Shown in pieces: positions 36,939 through 51,900 of a stretch of DNA of 64,000 nucleotides. Every line of letters begins with the position of its first letter. Position 1 is the stretch's first letter. The position numbers and the translations under genes are program-made. This stretch comes from Eledone cirrhosa. Taxonomy: Eukaryota. The DNA lies in NCBI GenBank assembly GCA_964016885.1, contig OZ024740.1, positions 436,542,001 through 436,606,000 of the forward strand, given 5' to 3'. The notes under the pieces were generated by a model, which was not told where the DNA came from, did not search any database, and worked only from the letters and a program-made list of their open reading frames with translations.

Positions 36939-39900
36939 GTGTTGTCTGGTTATAGAGTGTTGACTGGCTATAGAGTGTTGACTGTTTATAGAGTGGTGTC
37001 TGGTTAGAGAGTGTTGACTGGTTATAGAGTGTTGACTGGCTATAGAGTGTTGACTGTTTATAGAGTGGTGTCTGGTTAGAGAGTGTTGACTGGTTATAGA
37101 GTGTTGTCTGGTTAGAGAGTGTTGACTGGTTAGAGAGTGTTGACTGGTTATAGAGTGTTGACTGGTTAGAGAATGTTGACTGGTTAGAGAGTGTTGACTG
37201 GTTAGAGAGTGTTGACTGGTTAGAGGGTGTTGACTGGTTATAGAGGGTTGAATGCTTAGAGAGTATTGTCTGGTTATAGAGTGATGCCTGCTTATAGAGT
37301 GTTGTCTGGTTATAGAGTGATGCCTGCTTATAGAGTGTTGTCTGGTTATAGAGTGTTGTCTGGTTATAGAGTGTTGACTGGTTATAGAGTGTTGTCTGGT
37401 TATAGAGTGTTGTCTGGTTATAGAGTGTTGACTGGTTATAGAGTGTTGACTGGTTATAGAGTGTTGTCTGGTTATAGAGTGTTGACTGGTTATAGAGTGT
37501 TGTCTGGTTATAGAGTGTGGTCTGGTTATAGAGTGTTGTCTGGTTATAGAGTGTTGACTGGTTATAGAGTGGTGACTGGTTATAGAGTGTTGTCTGGTTA
37601 GAGGGTGTTGACTGGTTATAGAGTGTTGTCTGGTTAGAGAGTGTTGTCTGGTTATAGAGTGTTGTCTGGTTAGAGAGTGTTGTCTGGTTGTAGAGTGTTG
37701 ACTGGTTATAGAGTGTTTTCTGGTTAGAGAGTGTTGACTGGTTAGAGAGTGTTGACTGGTTATAGAGTGTTGTCTGGTTAGAGAGTGTTGACTGGTTACA
37801 GAGTGTTGACTGGTTATAGAGTGTTGTCTGGTTAGAGAGTGTTGACTGGTTACAGAGTGTTGACTGGTTATAGAGTGTTGACTGGTTAGAGAGTGTTGAC
37901 TGGTTATAGAGTGTTGTCTTGTTATAGAGTGTTGACTGGTTAGAGAGTGTTGTCTGGTTATAGAGTGTTGTCTGGTTATAGAGTGTTGACTGGTTATAGA
38001 GTGTTGTCTGGTTATAGAGTGGTGTCTGGTTATAGAGTGTTGACTGGTTATAGAGTGTTGTCTGGTTATAGAGTGTTGACTGGTTATAGAGTGTTGTCTG
38101 GTTATAGAGTGTTGACTGGTTATAGAGTGTTGTCTGGTTATAGAGTGTTGACTGGTTATAGAGTGTTGTCTGGTTATAGAGTGGTGTCTGGTTAGAGAGT
38201 GTTGACTGGTTAGAGAGTGTTGACTGGTTATAGAGTGTTGTCTGGTTATAGAGTGTTGTCTGGTTATAGAGTGTTGTCTGGTTATAGAGTGTTGTCTGGT
38301 TATAGAGTGTTGACTGGTTATAGAGTGTTGTCTGGTTATAGAGTGTTGACTGGTTATAGTGTGTTGTCTGGTTATAGAGTGTTGACTGATTATAGAGTGT
38401 TGTCTGGTTAGAGAGTGTTGACTGGTTATAGAGTGTTGTCTGGTTAGAGAGTGTTGACTGGTTATAGAGTGTTGTCTGGTTATAGAGTGTTGAATGGTTA
38501 TAGAGTGTTGTCTGGTTAGAGACTGTTGTCTGGTTATAGAGTGTTGTCTGGTTATAGAGTGTTGTCTGGTTAGAGAGTGTTGTCTGGTTATAGAGTGTTG
38601 TCTGGTTATAGAGTGTTGACTGGTTATAGAGTGTTGACTGGTTATAAAGTGTTGTCTGGTTATAGAGTGTTGTCTGGTTAGAGAGTGTTGACTGGTTATA
38701 GAGTGTTGACTGGTTATAGAGTGGTGACGGGTTATAGAGTGTTGTCTGGTTAGAGGGTGTGGACTGGTTATAGAGTGTTGTCTGGTTAGAGAGTGTTGTC
38801 TGGTTAGAGAGTGTTGTCTGGTTAGAGAGTGTTGTCTGGTTGTAGAGTGTTGACTGGTTATAGAGTGTTTTCTGATTATAGAGTGTTGTCTGGTTATAGA
38901 GTGTTGTCTGGTTATAGAGTGTTGTCTGGTTATAGAGTGTTGACTGGTTATAGAGTGTTGTCTGGTTATAGAGTGTTGTCTGGTTATAGAGTGTTGTCTG
39001 GTTATAGAGTGTTGACTGGTTATAGAGTGTTGTCTGGTTAGAGAGTGTTGTCTGGTTAGAGAGTGTTGTCTGGTTAGAGAGTGTTGTCTGGTTGTAGAGT
39101 GTTGTCTGGTTATAGAGTGTTGTCTGGTTGTAGAGTGTTGACTGGTTATAGAGTGTTTTCTGGTTATAGAGTGTTGTCTGGTTATAGAGTGTTGTCTGGT
39201 TATAGAGTGTTGTCTGGTTATAGAGTGTTGACTGGTTATAGAGTGTTGTCTGGTTATAGAGTGTTGTCTGGTTATAGAGTGTTGTCTGGTTATAGAGTGT
39301 TGACTGGTTATAGAGTGTTGTCTGGTTATAGAGTGTTGTCTGGTTATAGAGTGTTGACTGGTTATAGAGTGTTGTCTGGTTAGAGAGTGTTGTCTGGTTA
39401 GAGAGTGTTGTCTGGTTAGAGAGTGTTGTCTGGTTGTAGAGTGTTGTCTGGTTATAGAGTGTTGTCTGGTTGTAGAGTGTTGACTGGTTATAGAGTGTTT
39501 TCTGGTTATAGAGTGTTGTCTGGTTATAGAGTGTTGTCTGGTTATAGAGTGTTGTCTGGTTATAGAGTGTTGACTGGTTATAGAGTGTTGTCTGGTTATA
39601 GAGTGTTGTCTGGTTATAGAGTGTTGTCTGGTTATAGAGTGTTGACTGGTTATAGAGTGTTGTCTGGTTATAGAGTGTTGTCTGGTTATAGAGTGTTGAC
39701 TGGTTATAGAGTGTTGTCTGGTTATAGAGTGTGGACTGGTTATAGTGTGTTGTCTGGTTATAGAGTGTTGACTGGTTATAGAGTGTTGTCTGGTTAGAGA
39801 GCGTTGACTGGTTATAGAGTGTTGTCTGGTTATAGAGTGTTGACTGGTTATAGAGTGTTGTCTGGTTAGAGACTGTTGTCTGGGTATAGAGTGTTGTCTG

Positions 39901-42900
39901 GTTATAGAGTGTTGTCTGGTTAGAGAGTGTTGTCTGGTTATAGAGTGTTGTCTGGTTATAGAGTGTTGACTGGTTATAAAGTGTTGTCTGGTTATAGAGT
40001 GTTGTCTGGTTAGAGAGTGTTGTCTGGTTATAGAGTGTTGTCTGGTTAGAGAGTGTTGTCTGGTTATAGAGTGTTGTCTGGTTATAGAGTGTTGACTGGT
40101 TATAAAGTGTTGTCTGGTTATAGACTGTTGTCTGGTTAGAGAGTGTTGTCTGGTTAGAGAGTGTTGACTGGTTATAGAGTGTTGACTGGTTATAGAGTGT
40201 TGTCTGGTTATAGAGTGTTGACTGGTTAGAGAGTGTTGTCTGGTTATAGAGTGTTGACTGGTTATAGAGTGTTGACTGGTTATAGAGTGTTGTCTGGTTA
40301 TAGAGTGTTGTCTGGTTATAGACTGTTGTCTGGTTATAGAGTGTTGTCTGGTTATAGAGTGTTGTCTGGTTATAGAGTGTTGTCTGGTTATAGACTGTTG
40401 ACTGGTTATAGAGTGTTGACTGGTTATAGAGTGTTGACTGGTTATAGAGTGTTGTCTGGTTATAGAGTGTTGACTGGTTAGAGAGTGTTGACTGGTTATA
40501 GAGTGTTGTCTGGTTATAGAGTGTTGACTGGTTAGAGAGTGTTGACTGGTTATAGAGTGTTGTCTGGTTATAGAGTGTTGTCTGGTTAGAGAGTGTTGTC
40601 TGGTTATAGACTGTTGACTGGTTATAGAGTGTTGACTGGTTATAGAGTGTTGACTGGTTATAGAGTGTTGTCTGGTTATAGAGTGTTGACTGGTTAGAGA
40701 GTGTTGACTGGTTATAGAGTGTTGTCTGGTTAGAGAGTGTTGACTGGTTAGAGAGTGTTGACTGGTTATAGAGTGTTGACAGGTTATAGAGTGTTGACTG
40801 GTTATAGAGTGTTGTCTGGTTATAGAGTGTTGACTGGTTATAGAGTGTTGACTGGTTATAGAGTGTTGACAGGTTATAGAGTGTTGACTGGTTATAGAGT
40901 GTTGACTGGTTATAGAGTGTTGACTGGTTATAGAGTGTTGACTGGTTATAGAGTGTTGACAGGTTATAGAGTGTTCACTGGTTATAGAGTGTTGTCTGGT
41001 TATAGAGTGTTGACTGGTTATAGAGTGTTGACTGGTTATAGAGTCTTGACTGTTTAGAGCGTGTTGACTGGTTAGAGAGTGTTGACTGGTTAGAGAGTGT
41101 TGAATGGTTAGAGAGTGTTGACTGGTTATAGAGTGTTGACTGGTTATAGAGTGTTGACTGGTTAGAGAGTGTTGTCTGGTTAGAGAGTGTTGACTGGTTA
41201 GAGAGTGTTGACTGGTTATAGAGTGTTGTCTAGTTAGAGAGTGTTGACTGGTTATAGAGTGTTGACTGGTTATAGAGTGTTGTCTGGTTAGAGAGTGTTG
41301 ACTGGTTATAGAGTGTTGACTGGTTAGAGAGTGTTGTCTGGTTAGAGAGTGTTGACTGGTTATAGAGTGTTGACTGGTTAGAGAGTGTTGTCAGGTTATA
41401 GAGTGTTGACTGGTTACAGAGTGTCGTCTGGTTATAGAGTGTTGTCTGGTTAGAGAGTGTTGACTGGTTATAGAGTGTTGACTGGTTAGAGAGTGTTGAC
41501 TGGTTATAGAGTGTTGTCTGGTTATAGAGTGTTGACTGGTTAGAGAGTGTTGACTGGTTATAGAGTGTTGAATGGTTAGAGAGTGTTGACTGGTTATAGA
41601 GTGTTGACTGGTTATAGAGTGTTGACTGGTTAGAGAGTGTTGTCTGGTTAGAGAGTGTTGACTGGTTAGAGAGTGTTGACTGGTTATAGAGTGTTGTCTA
41701 GTTAGAGAGTGTTGACTGGTTACAGAGTGTTGACTGGTTATAGAGTGTTGACTGGTTATAGAGTGTTGTCTGGTTAGAGAGTGTTGACTGGTTATAGAGT
41801 GTTGACTGGTTAGAGAGTGTTGACTGGTTAGAGAGTGTTGTCTGGTTAGAGAGTGTTGACTGGTTAGAGAGTGTTGACTGGTTATAGAGTGTTGTCTAGT
41901 TAGAGAGTGTTGACTGGTTACAGAGTGTTGACTGGTTATAGAGTGTTGACTGGTTATAGAGTGTTGTCTGGTTAGAGAGTGTTGACTGGTTATAGAGTGT
42001 TGACTGGTTAGAGAGTGTTGTCTGGTTATAGAGTGTTGACTGGTTACAGAGTGTCGTCTGGTTATAGAGTGTTGTCTGGTTAGAGAGTGTTGACTGGTTA
42101 TAGAGTGTTGACTGGTTAGAGAGTGTTGACTGGTTATAGAGTGTTGTCTGGTTATAGAGTGTTGACTGGTTAGAGAGTGTTGACTGGTTATAGAGTGTTG
42201 TCTGGTTATAGAGTGTTGACTGGTTAGAGAGTGTTGACTGGTTATAGAGTGTTGTCTGGTTATAGAGTGTTGTCTGGTTAGAGAGTGTTGTCTGGTTATA
42301 GACTGTTGACTGGTTAGAGAGTGTTGACTGGTTATAGAGTGTTGTCTAGTTAGAGAGTGTTGACTGGTTACAGAGTGTTGACTGGTTATAGAGTGTTGAC
42401 TGGTTATAGAGTGTTGTCTGGTTAGAGAGTGTTGACTGGTTATAGAGTGTTGACTGGTTAGAGAGTGTTGACTGGTTAGAGAGTGTTGTCTGGTTAGAGA
42501 GTGTTGACTGGTTAGAGAGTGTTGACTGGTTATAGAGTGTTGTCTAGTTAGAGAGTGTTGACTGGTTACAGAGTGTTGACTGGTTATAGAGTGTTGACTG
42601 GTTATAGAGTGTTGTCTGGTTAGAGAGTGTTGACTGGTTATAGAGTGTTGACTGGTTAGAGAGTGTTGTCTGGTTATAGAGTGTTGACTGGTTACAGAGT
42701 GTCGTCTGGTTATAGAGTGTTGTCTGGTTAGAGAGTGTTGACTGGTTATAGAGTGTTGACTGGTTAGAGAGTGTTGACTGGTTATAGAGTGTTGTCTGGT
42801 TATAGAGTGTTGACTGGTTAGAGAGTGTTGACTGGTTATAGAGTGTTGTCTGGTTATAGAGTGTTGACTGGTTAGAGAGTGTTGACTGGTTATAGAGTGT

Positions 42901-45900
42901 TGTCTGGTTATAGAGTGTTGTCTGGTTAGAGAGTGTTGTCTGGTTATAGACTGTTGACTGGTTATAGAGTGTTGACTGGTTATAGAGTGTTGACTGGTTA
43001 TAGAGTGTTGTCTGGTTATAGAGTGTTGACTGGTTAGAGAGTGTTGACTGGTTATAGAGTGTTGTCTGGTTATAGAGTGTTGACTGGTTAGAGAGTGTTG
43101 ACTGGTTATAGAGTGTTGACAGGTTATAGAGTGTTGACTGGTTATAGAGTGTTGTCTGGTTATAGAGTGTTGACTGGTTATAGAGTGTTGACTGGTTATA
43201 GAGTGTTGACAGGTTATAGAGTGTTGACTGGTTATAGAGTGTTGACTGGTTATAGAGTGTTGACTGGTTATAGAGTGTTGACAGGTTATAGAGTGTTGAC
43301 TGGTTATAGAGTGTTGTCTGGTTATAGAGTGTTGACTGGTTATAGAGTGTTGACTGGTTATAGAGTGTTGACTGTTTAGAGCGTGTTGACTGGTTAGAGA
43401 GTGTTGACTGGTTAGAGAGTGTTGAATGGTTAGAGAGTGTTGACTGGTTATAGAGTGTTGACTGGTTATAGAGTGTTGACTGGTTAGAGAGTGTTGTCTG
43501 GTTAGAGAGTGTTGACTGGTTAGATAGTGTTGACTGGTTATAGAGTGTTGTCTAGTTAGAGAGTGTTGACTGGTTACAGAGTGTTGACTGGTTATAGAGT
43601 GTTGACTGGTTATAGAGTGTTGTCTGGTTATAGAGTGTTGACTGGTTATAGAGTGTTGACTGGTTAGAGAGTGTTGTCTGGTTATAGAGTGTTGAATGGT
43701 TATAGAGTGTTGTCTGGTTATAGAGTGTTGACTGGTTAGATAGTGTTGTCTGGTTAGAGAGTGTTGACTGGTTAGAGAGTGTTGACTGGTTATAGAGTGT
43801 TGACTGGCTATAGAGTGTTGTCTGGTTATAGAGTGTTGTCTGGTTATAGAGTGTTGACTGGTTACAGAGTGTCGTCTGGTTATAGAGTGTTGTCTGGTTA
43901 GAGAGTGTTGACTGGTTATAGAGTGTTGACTGGTTAGAGAGTGTTGACTGGTTAGAGAGTGTTGACTGGTTATAGAGTGTTGTCTGGTTATAGAGTGTTG
44001 ACTGGTTATAGAGTATTTTCTGGTTATAGAGTTTTGTCTGGTTATAGAGTGTTGTCTGGTTATAGACTGTTGTCTGGTTAGAGGGTGGTGTCTGGTTAGA
44101 GAGCGTTGACTGGTTATAGAGTGTCGACTGGTTATAGAGTGTTGACTGGTTGTAGAGTGTTGTCTGGTTATAGAGTGTTGATTGGTTATAGAGTGTTGAC
44201 TGGTTAGAGAGTGTTGTCTGGTTATAGAGTGTTGACTGGTTATAGAGTGTTGTCTGGTTAGAGAGTGTTGATTGGTTATAGTGTGTTGACTGGTTAGAGA
44301 GTGTTGTCTGGTTAGAGAGTGTTGTCTGGTTAGAGAGTGTTGACTGGTTATAGAGTGTTGACTGGTTATAGAGTGTTGTCTGGTTATAGAGTGTTGACTG
44401 GTTATAGAGTGTTGTCTGGTTAGAGAGTGTTGACTGGTTATAGAGTGTTGTCTGGTTATAGAGTGTTGACTGGTTAGAGAGTGTTGACTGGTTATAGAGT
44501 GTTGTCTGGTTATAGAGTGTTGACTGGTTATAGAGTGTTGACTGGTTATAGAGTGTTGTCTGGTTAGAGAGTGTTGACTGGTTATAGAGTGTTGACTGGT
44601 TAGAGAGTGTTGTCTGGTTATAGAGTGTTGTCTGGTTATAGAGTGTTGTCTGGTTATAGAGTGTTGTCTGGTTAGAGAGTGTTGTCTGGTTATAGAGTGT
44701 TGTCTGGTTAGAGAGTGTTGACTGGTTATAGAGTGTTGACTGGTTATAGAGTGTTGTCTGGTTAGAGAGTGTTGACTGGTTATAGAGTGTTGACTGGTTA
44801 GAGAGTGTTGTCTGGTTATAGAGTGTTGTCTGGTTATAGAGTGTTATCTGGTTATAGAGTGTTGTCTGGTTAGAGAGTGTTGTCTGGTTATAGAGTGTTG
44901 TCTGGTTAGAGAGTGTTGACTGGTTATAGAGTGTTGTCTGGTTAGAGAGTGTTGTCTGGTTATAGAGTGCTGACTGGTTATAGAGTGTGGCTGGTTATAG
45001 AGTGTTGTCTGGTTATAGAGTGTTGACTGGTTATAGAGTGTTGTCTGGTTAGAGAGTGTTGTCTGGTTAGAGAGTGTTGACTGGTTAGAGAGTGTTGTCT
45101 GGTTATAGAGTGTTGACTGGTTATAGAGTGTTGTCTGGTTAGAGAGTGTTGTCTGGTTATAGAGTGTTGTCTGGTTATAGAGTGTTGTCTGGTTAGAGAG
45201 TGTTGACTGGCTATAGAGTGTTGTCTGGTTATAGAGTGTTGTCTGGTTATAGAGTGTTGACTGGTTAGAGAGTGTTGACTGGTTATAGAGTGTTGTCTGG
45301 TTATAGAGTGTTGACTGGTTATAGAGTGTTGTCTGGTTAGAGAGTGTTGACTGGTTATAGAGTGTTGACTGGTTATAGAGTGTTGTCTGGTTATAGAGTG
45401 TTGTCTGGTTATAGAGTGTTGTCTGGTTATAGACTGTTGTCTGGTTAGAGAGTGTTGTCTCGTTAGAGAGTGTTGACTGGTTATAGAGTGTTGACTGGTT
45501 ATAGAGTGTTGTCTGGTTAGAGAGTGTAGACTGGTTAGAGAGTGTTGACTGGTTATAGAGTGTTGTCTGGTTATAGAGTGTTGTCTGGTTATAGAGTGTT
45601 GTCTGGTTATAGACTGTTGTCTGGTTAGAGAGTGTTGTCTCGTTATAGAGTGTTGACTGGTTAGAGAGTGTTGACTGGTTATAGAGTGTTGACTGGTTAT
45701 AGAGTGTTGACTGGTTATAGAGTGTTGTCTGGTTATAGAGTGTTGACTGGTTATAGAGTGTTGACTGGTTATAGAGTGTTGTCTGGTTATAGAGTGTTGA
45801 CTGTTTAGAGCGTGTTGACTGGTTAGAGAGTGTTGGCTGGTTAGAGAGTGTTGAATGGTCATAGAGTGTTGACTGGTTATAGAGTGTTGTCTAGTTAGAG

Positions 45901-48900
45901 AGTGTTGACTGGTTACAGAGTGTTGACTGGTTATAGAGTGTTGACTGGTTATAGAGTGTTGTATGGTTATAGAGTGTTGACTGGTTAGAGAGTGTTGTCT
46001 GGTTAGTGAGTGTTGACTGGTTATAGAGTGTCGTCTGGTTATAGAGTGTTGACTGGTTAGAGAGTGTTGTCTGGTTAGAGAGTGTTGACTGGTTAGAGAG
46101 TGTTGACTGGTTATAGAGTGTTGTCTGGTTATAGAGTGTTGACTGTTTAGAGCGTGTTCACTGGTTAGAGAGTGTTGACTGGTTAGAGAGTGTTGAATGG
46201 TTAGAGAGTGTTGACTGGTTATAGAGTGTTGACTGGTTACAGAGTGTTGACTGGTTATAGAGTGTTGACTGGTTATAGAGTGTTGTCTGGTTATAGAGTG
46301 TTGACTGGTTATAGAGTGTTGACTGGTTAGAGAGTGTTGTCTGGTTATAGAGTGTTGACTGGTTATAGAGTGTTGTCTGGTTATAGAGTGTTGACTGGTT
46401 AGAGAGTGTTGTCTGGTTAGAGAGTGTTGACTGGTTAGAGAGTGTTGACTGGTAATAGAGTGTTGACTGGCTATAGAGTGTTGTCTGGTTATAGAGTGTT
46501 GTCTGGTTATAGAGTGTTGACTGGTTACAGAGTGTCGTCTGGTTATAGAGTGTTGTCTGGTTAGAGAGTGATGACTGTTTATAGAGTGTTGACTGGTTAG
46601 AGAGTGTTGACTGTTTAGAGAGTGTTGACTGGTTATAGAGTGTTGTCTGGTTATAGAGTGTTGACTGGTTATAGAGTGTTGTCTGGTTAGAGAGTGTTGA
46701 CTGGTTATAGAGAGTTGTCTGGTTATAGAGTTTTGTCTGGTTATAGAGTGTTGTCTGGTTATAGACTGTTGTCTGGTTAGATGGTGGTGTCTGGTTAGAG
46801 AGCGTTGACTGGTTATAGAGTGTCGACTGGTTATAGAGTGTTGACTGGTTGTAGAGTGTTGTCTGGTTATAGAGTGTTGATTGGTTATAGAGTGTTGACT
46901 GGTTAGAGAGTGTTGTCTGGTTATAGAGTGTTGACTGGTTATAGAGTGTTGTCTGGTTAGAGAGTGTTGATTGGTTATAGTGTGTTGACTGGTTACAGAC
47001 TGTTGTCTGGTTAGAGAGTGTTTTTTGGTTAGAGAGTGTTGACTGGTTATAGAGTGTTGACTGGTTATAGAGTGTTGTCTGGTTATAGAGTGTTGACTGG
47101 TTATAGAGTGTTGATTGGTTATAGTGTGTTGACTGGTTATAGAGTGTTGACTAGTTAGTGAGTGTTGTCTGGTTATAGAGTGTTGTCTGGTTATAGAGTG
47201 TTGACTGGTTATAGAGTGTTGTCTGGTTATAGAGTGTTGACTGGTTATAGAGTGTTGACTGGTTATAGAGTGTTGTCTGGTTAGAGAGTGTTGACTGGTT
47301 ATAGAGTGTTGTCTGGTTATAGAGTGTTGACTGGTTAGAGAGTGTTGACTGGTTATAGAGTGTTGTCTGGTTATAGAGCGTTGACTGGTTATAGAGTGTT
47401 GACTGGTTATAGAGTGTTGTCTGGTTAGAGAGTGTTGACTGGTTATAGAGTGTTGACTGGTTAGAGAGTGTTGTCTGGTTATAGAGTGTTGTCTGGTTAT
47501 AGAGTGTTGTCTGGTTATAGAGTGTTGTCTGGTTAGAGAGTGTTGTCTGGTTATAGAGTGTTGTCTGGTTAGAGAGTGTTGACTGGTTATAGAGTGTTGA
47601 CTGGTTATAGAGTGTTGTCTGGTTAGAGAGTGTTGTCTGGTTATAGAGTGTTGTCTGGTTATAGACTGTTGTCTGGTTAGAGAGTGTTGTCTGATTAGAG
47701 AGTGTTGACTGGTTATAGAGTGTTGACTGGTTATAGAGTGTTGTCTGGTTAGAGAGTGTAGACTGGTTAGAGAGTGTTGACTGGTTATAGAGTGTTGTCT
47801 GGTTATAGAGTGTTGACTGGTTAGAGAGTGTTGACTGGTTATAGAGTGTTGACTGGTTATAGAGTGTTGACTGGTTATAGAGTGTTGTCTGGTTAGAGAG
47901 TGTTGTCTGGTTAGAGAGTGTTGACTGGTTAGAGAGTGTTGACTGGTTATAGAGTGTTGACTGGCTATAGAGTGTTGTCTGGTTATAGAGTGTTGTCTGG
48001 TTATAGAGTGTTGACTGGTTATAGAGTGTTGTCTGGTTATAGAGTGTTGACTGGTTATAGAGTGTTGACTGGTTATAGAGTGTTGTCTGGTTAGAGAGTG
48101 TTGACTGGTTATAGAGTGTTGTCTGGTTATAGAGTGTTGACTGGTTAGAGAGTGTTGACTGGTTATAGAGTGTTGTCTGGTTATAGAGCGTTGACTGGTT
48201 ATAGAGTGTTGACTGGTTATAGAGTGTTGTCTGGTTAGAGAGTGTTGACTGGTTATAGAGTGTTGACTGGTTAGAGAGTGTTGTCTGGTTATAGAGTGTT
48301 GTCTGGTTATAGAGTGTTGTCTGGTTATAGAGTGTTGTCTGGTTAGAGAGTGTTGTCTGGTTATAGAGTGTTGTCTGGTTAGAGAGTGTTGACTGGTTAT
48401 AGAGTGTTGACTGGTTATAGAGTGTTGTCTGGTTAGAGAGTGTTGTCTGGTTATAGAGTGTTGTCTGGTTATAGACTGTTGTCTGGTTAGAGAGTGTTGT
48501 CTGATTAGAGAGTGTTGACTGGTTATAGAGTGTTGACTGGTTATAGAGTGTTGTCTGGTTAGAGAGTGTAGACTGGTTAGAGAGTGTTGACTGGTTATAG
48601 AGTGTTGTCTGGTTATAGAATGTTGACTGGTTAGAGAGTGTTGACTGGTTATAGAGTGTTGACTGGTTATAGAGTGTTGAGTGGTTATAGAGTGTTGTCT
48701 GGTTAGAGAGTGTTGTCTGGTTAGAGAGTGTTGACTGGTTAGAGAGTGTTGACTGGTTATAGAGTGTTGACTGGCTATAGAGTGTTGTCTGGTTATAGAG
48801 TGTTGTCTGGTTATAGAGTGTTGACTGGTTACAGAGTGTCGTCTGGTTATAGAGTGTTGTCTGGTTAGAGAGTGTTGTCTGGTTATAGAGTGTTGACTGG

Positions 48901-51900
48901 TTATAGAGTGTTGACTGGTTATAGAGTGTTGACCGGTTATAGAGTGTTGATTGTTTAGAGCGTGTTGACTGGTTAGAGAGTGTTGACTGGTTAGAGAGTG
49001 TTGAATGGTTAGAGAGTGTTGACTGGTTATAGAGTGTTGACTGGTTATAGAGTGTTGACTGGTTAGAGAGTGTTGTCTGGTTAGAGAGTGTTGACTGGTT
49101 AGAGAGTGTTGACTGGTTATAGAGTGTTGTCTAGTTAGAGAGTGTTGACTGGTTACAGGGTGTTGACTGGTTATAGAGTGTTGACTGGTTATAGAGTGTT
49201 GTCTGGTTATAGAGTGTTGACTGGTTATAGAGTGTTGACTGGTTAGAGAGTGTTGTCTGGTTATAGAGTGTTGACTGGTTATAGAGTGTTGTCTGGTTAT
49301 AGAGTGTTGACTGGTTAGAGAGTGTTGTCTGGTTAGAGAGTGTTGACTGGTTAGAGAGTGTTGACTGGTTATAGAGTGTTGACTGGCTATAGAGTGTTGT
49401 CTGGTTATAGAGTGTTGTCTGGTTATAGAGTGTTGACTGGTTAGAGAGTGTTGACTGGTTAGAGAGTGTTGAATGGTCATAGAGTGTTGACTGGTTATAG
49501 AGTGTTGACTGGTTAGAGAGTGTTGTCTGGTTAGAGACTGTTGACTGGTTAGAGAGTGTTGACTGGTTATAGAGTGTTGTCTAGTTAGAGAGTGTTGACT
49601 GGTTATAGAGTGTTGACTGGTTATAGAGTGTTGTCTGATTATAGAGTGTTGTCTGGTTATAGAGTGTTGTCTGGTTATAGTCTGTTGTCTGGTTAGAGAG
49701 TGTTGTCTGGTTAGAGAGTGTTGACTGGTTATAGAGTGTTGACTGGTTATAGAGTGTTGTCTGGTTAGAGAGTGTAGACTGGTTAGAGAGTGTTGACTGG
49801 TTATAGAGTGTTGTCTGGTTATAGAGTGTTGACTGGTTAGAGAGTGTTGACTGGTTATAGAGTGTTGACTGGTTATAGAGTGTTGACTGGTTATAGAGTG
49901 TTGTCTCGTTAGAGAGTGTTGACTGGTTATAGAGTGTTGACTGGTTATAGAGTGTTGTCTGGTTATAGAGTGTTGACTGGTTATAGAGTGTTGACTGGTT
50001 ATAGAGTGTTGTCTGGTTATAGAGTGTTGTCTGGTTATAGAGTGTTGTCTGGTTATAGACTGTTGTCTGGTTAGAGAGTGTTGTCTGGTTAGAGAGTGTT
50101 GACTGGTTATAGAGTGTTGACTGGTTATAGAGTGTTGTCTGGTTAGAGAGTGTAGACTGGTTAGAGAGTGTTGACTGGTTATAGAGTGTTGTCTGGTTAT
50201 AGAGTGTTGACTGGTTAGAGAGTGTTGACTGGTTATAGAGTGTTGTCTAGTTAGAGAGTGTTGACTGGTTACAGAGTGTTGACTGGTTATAGAGTGTTGA
50301 CTGGTTATAGAGTGTTGTATGGTTATAGAGTGTTGACTGGTTAGAGAGTGTTGTCTGGTTAGTGAGTGTTGACTGGTTATAGAGTGTCGTCTGGTTATAG
50401 AGTGTTGACTGGTTAGAGAGTGTTGTCTGGTTAGAGAGTGTTGACTGGTTAGAGAGTGTTGACTGGTTATAGAGTGTTGTCTGGTTATAGAGTGTTGACT
50501 GTTTAGAGCGTGTTCACTGGTTAGAGAGTGTTGACTGGTTAGAGAGTGTTGAATGGTTAGAGAGTGTTGACTGGTTATAGAGTGTTGACTGGTTATAGAG
50601 TGTTGACTGGTTAGAGAGTGTTGTCTGGTTAGAGAGTGTTGACTGGTTAGAGAGTGTTGACTGGTTATAGATTGTTGTCTAGTTAGAGAGTGTTGACTGG
50701 TTACAGAGTGTTGACTGGTTATAGAGTGTTGACTGGTTATAGAGTGTTGTCTGGTTATAGAGTGTTGACTGGTTATAGAGTGTTGACTGGTTAGAGAGTG
50801 TTGTCTGGTTATAGAGTGTTGACTGGTTATAGAGTGTTGTCTGGTTATAGAGTGTTGACTGGTTAGAGAGTGTTGTCTGGTTAGAGAGTGTTGACTGGTT
50901 AGAGAGTGTTGACTGGTAATAGAGTGTTGACTGGCTATAGAGTGTTGTCTGGTTATAGAGTGTTGTCTGGTTATAGAGTGTTGACTGGTTACAGAGTGTC
51001 GTCTGGTTATAGAGTGTTGTCTGGTTAGAGAGTGATGACTGGTTATAGAGTGTTGACTGGTTAGAGAGTGTTGACTGGTTAGAGAGTGTTGACTGGTTAT
51101 AGAGTGTTGTCTGGTTATAGAGTGTTGACTGGTTATAGAGTGTTGTCTGGTTAGAGAGTGTTGACTGGTTATAGAGTGTTGTCTGGTTATAGAGTTTTGT
51201 CTGGTTATAGAGTGTTGTCTGGTTATAGACTGTTGTCTGGTTAGAGAGTGGTGTTTGGTTAGAGAGCGTTGACTGGTTATAGAGTGTCGACTGGTTATAG
51301 AGTGTTGACTGGTTGTAGAGTGTTGTCTGGTTATAGAGTGTTGATTGGTTATAGAGTGTTGACTGGTTAGAGAGTGTTGTCTGGTTATAGAGTGTTGACT
51401 GGTTATAGAGTGTTGTCTGGTTAGAGAGTGTTGATTGGTTATAGTGTGTTGACTGGTTAGAGACTGTTGTCTGGTTAGAGAGTGTTGTCTGGTTAGAGAG
51501 TGTTGACTGGTTATAGAGTGTTGACTGGTTATAGAGTGTTGTCTGGTTATAGAGTGTTGACTGGTTATAGAGTGTTGATTGGTTATAGTGTGTTGACTGG
51601 TTATAGAGTGTTGACTAGTTAGTGAGTGTTGTCTGGTTATAGAGTGTTGTCTGGTTATAGAGTGTTGACTGGTTATAGAGTGTTGTCTGGTTATAGAGTG
51701 TTGACTGGTTATAGAGTGTTGACTGGTTATAGAGTGTTGTCTGGTTAGAGAGTGTTGACTGGTTATAGAGTGTTGTCTGGTTATAGAGTGTTGACTGGTT
51801 AGAGAGTGTTGACTGGTTATAGAGTGTTGTCTGGTTATAGAGTGTTGACTGGTTATAGAGTGTTGACTGGTTATAGAGTGTTGTCTGGTTAGAGAGTGTT

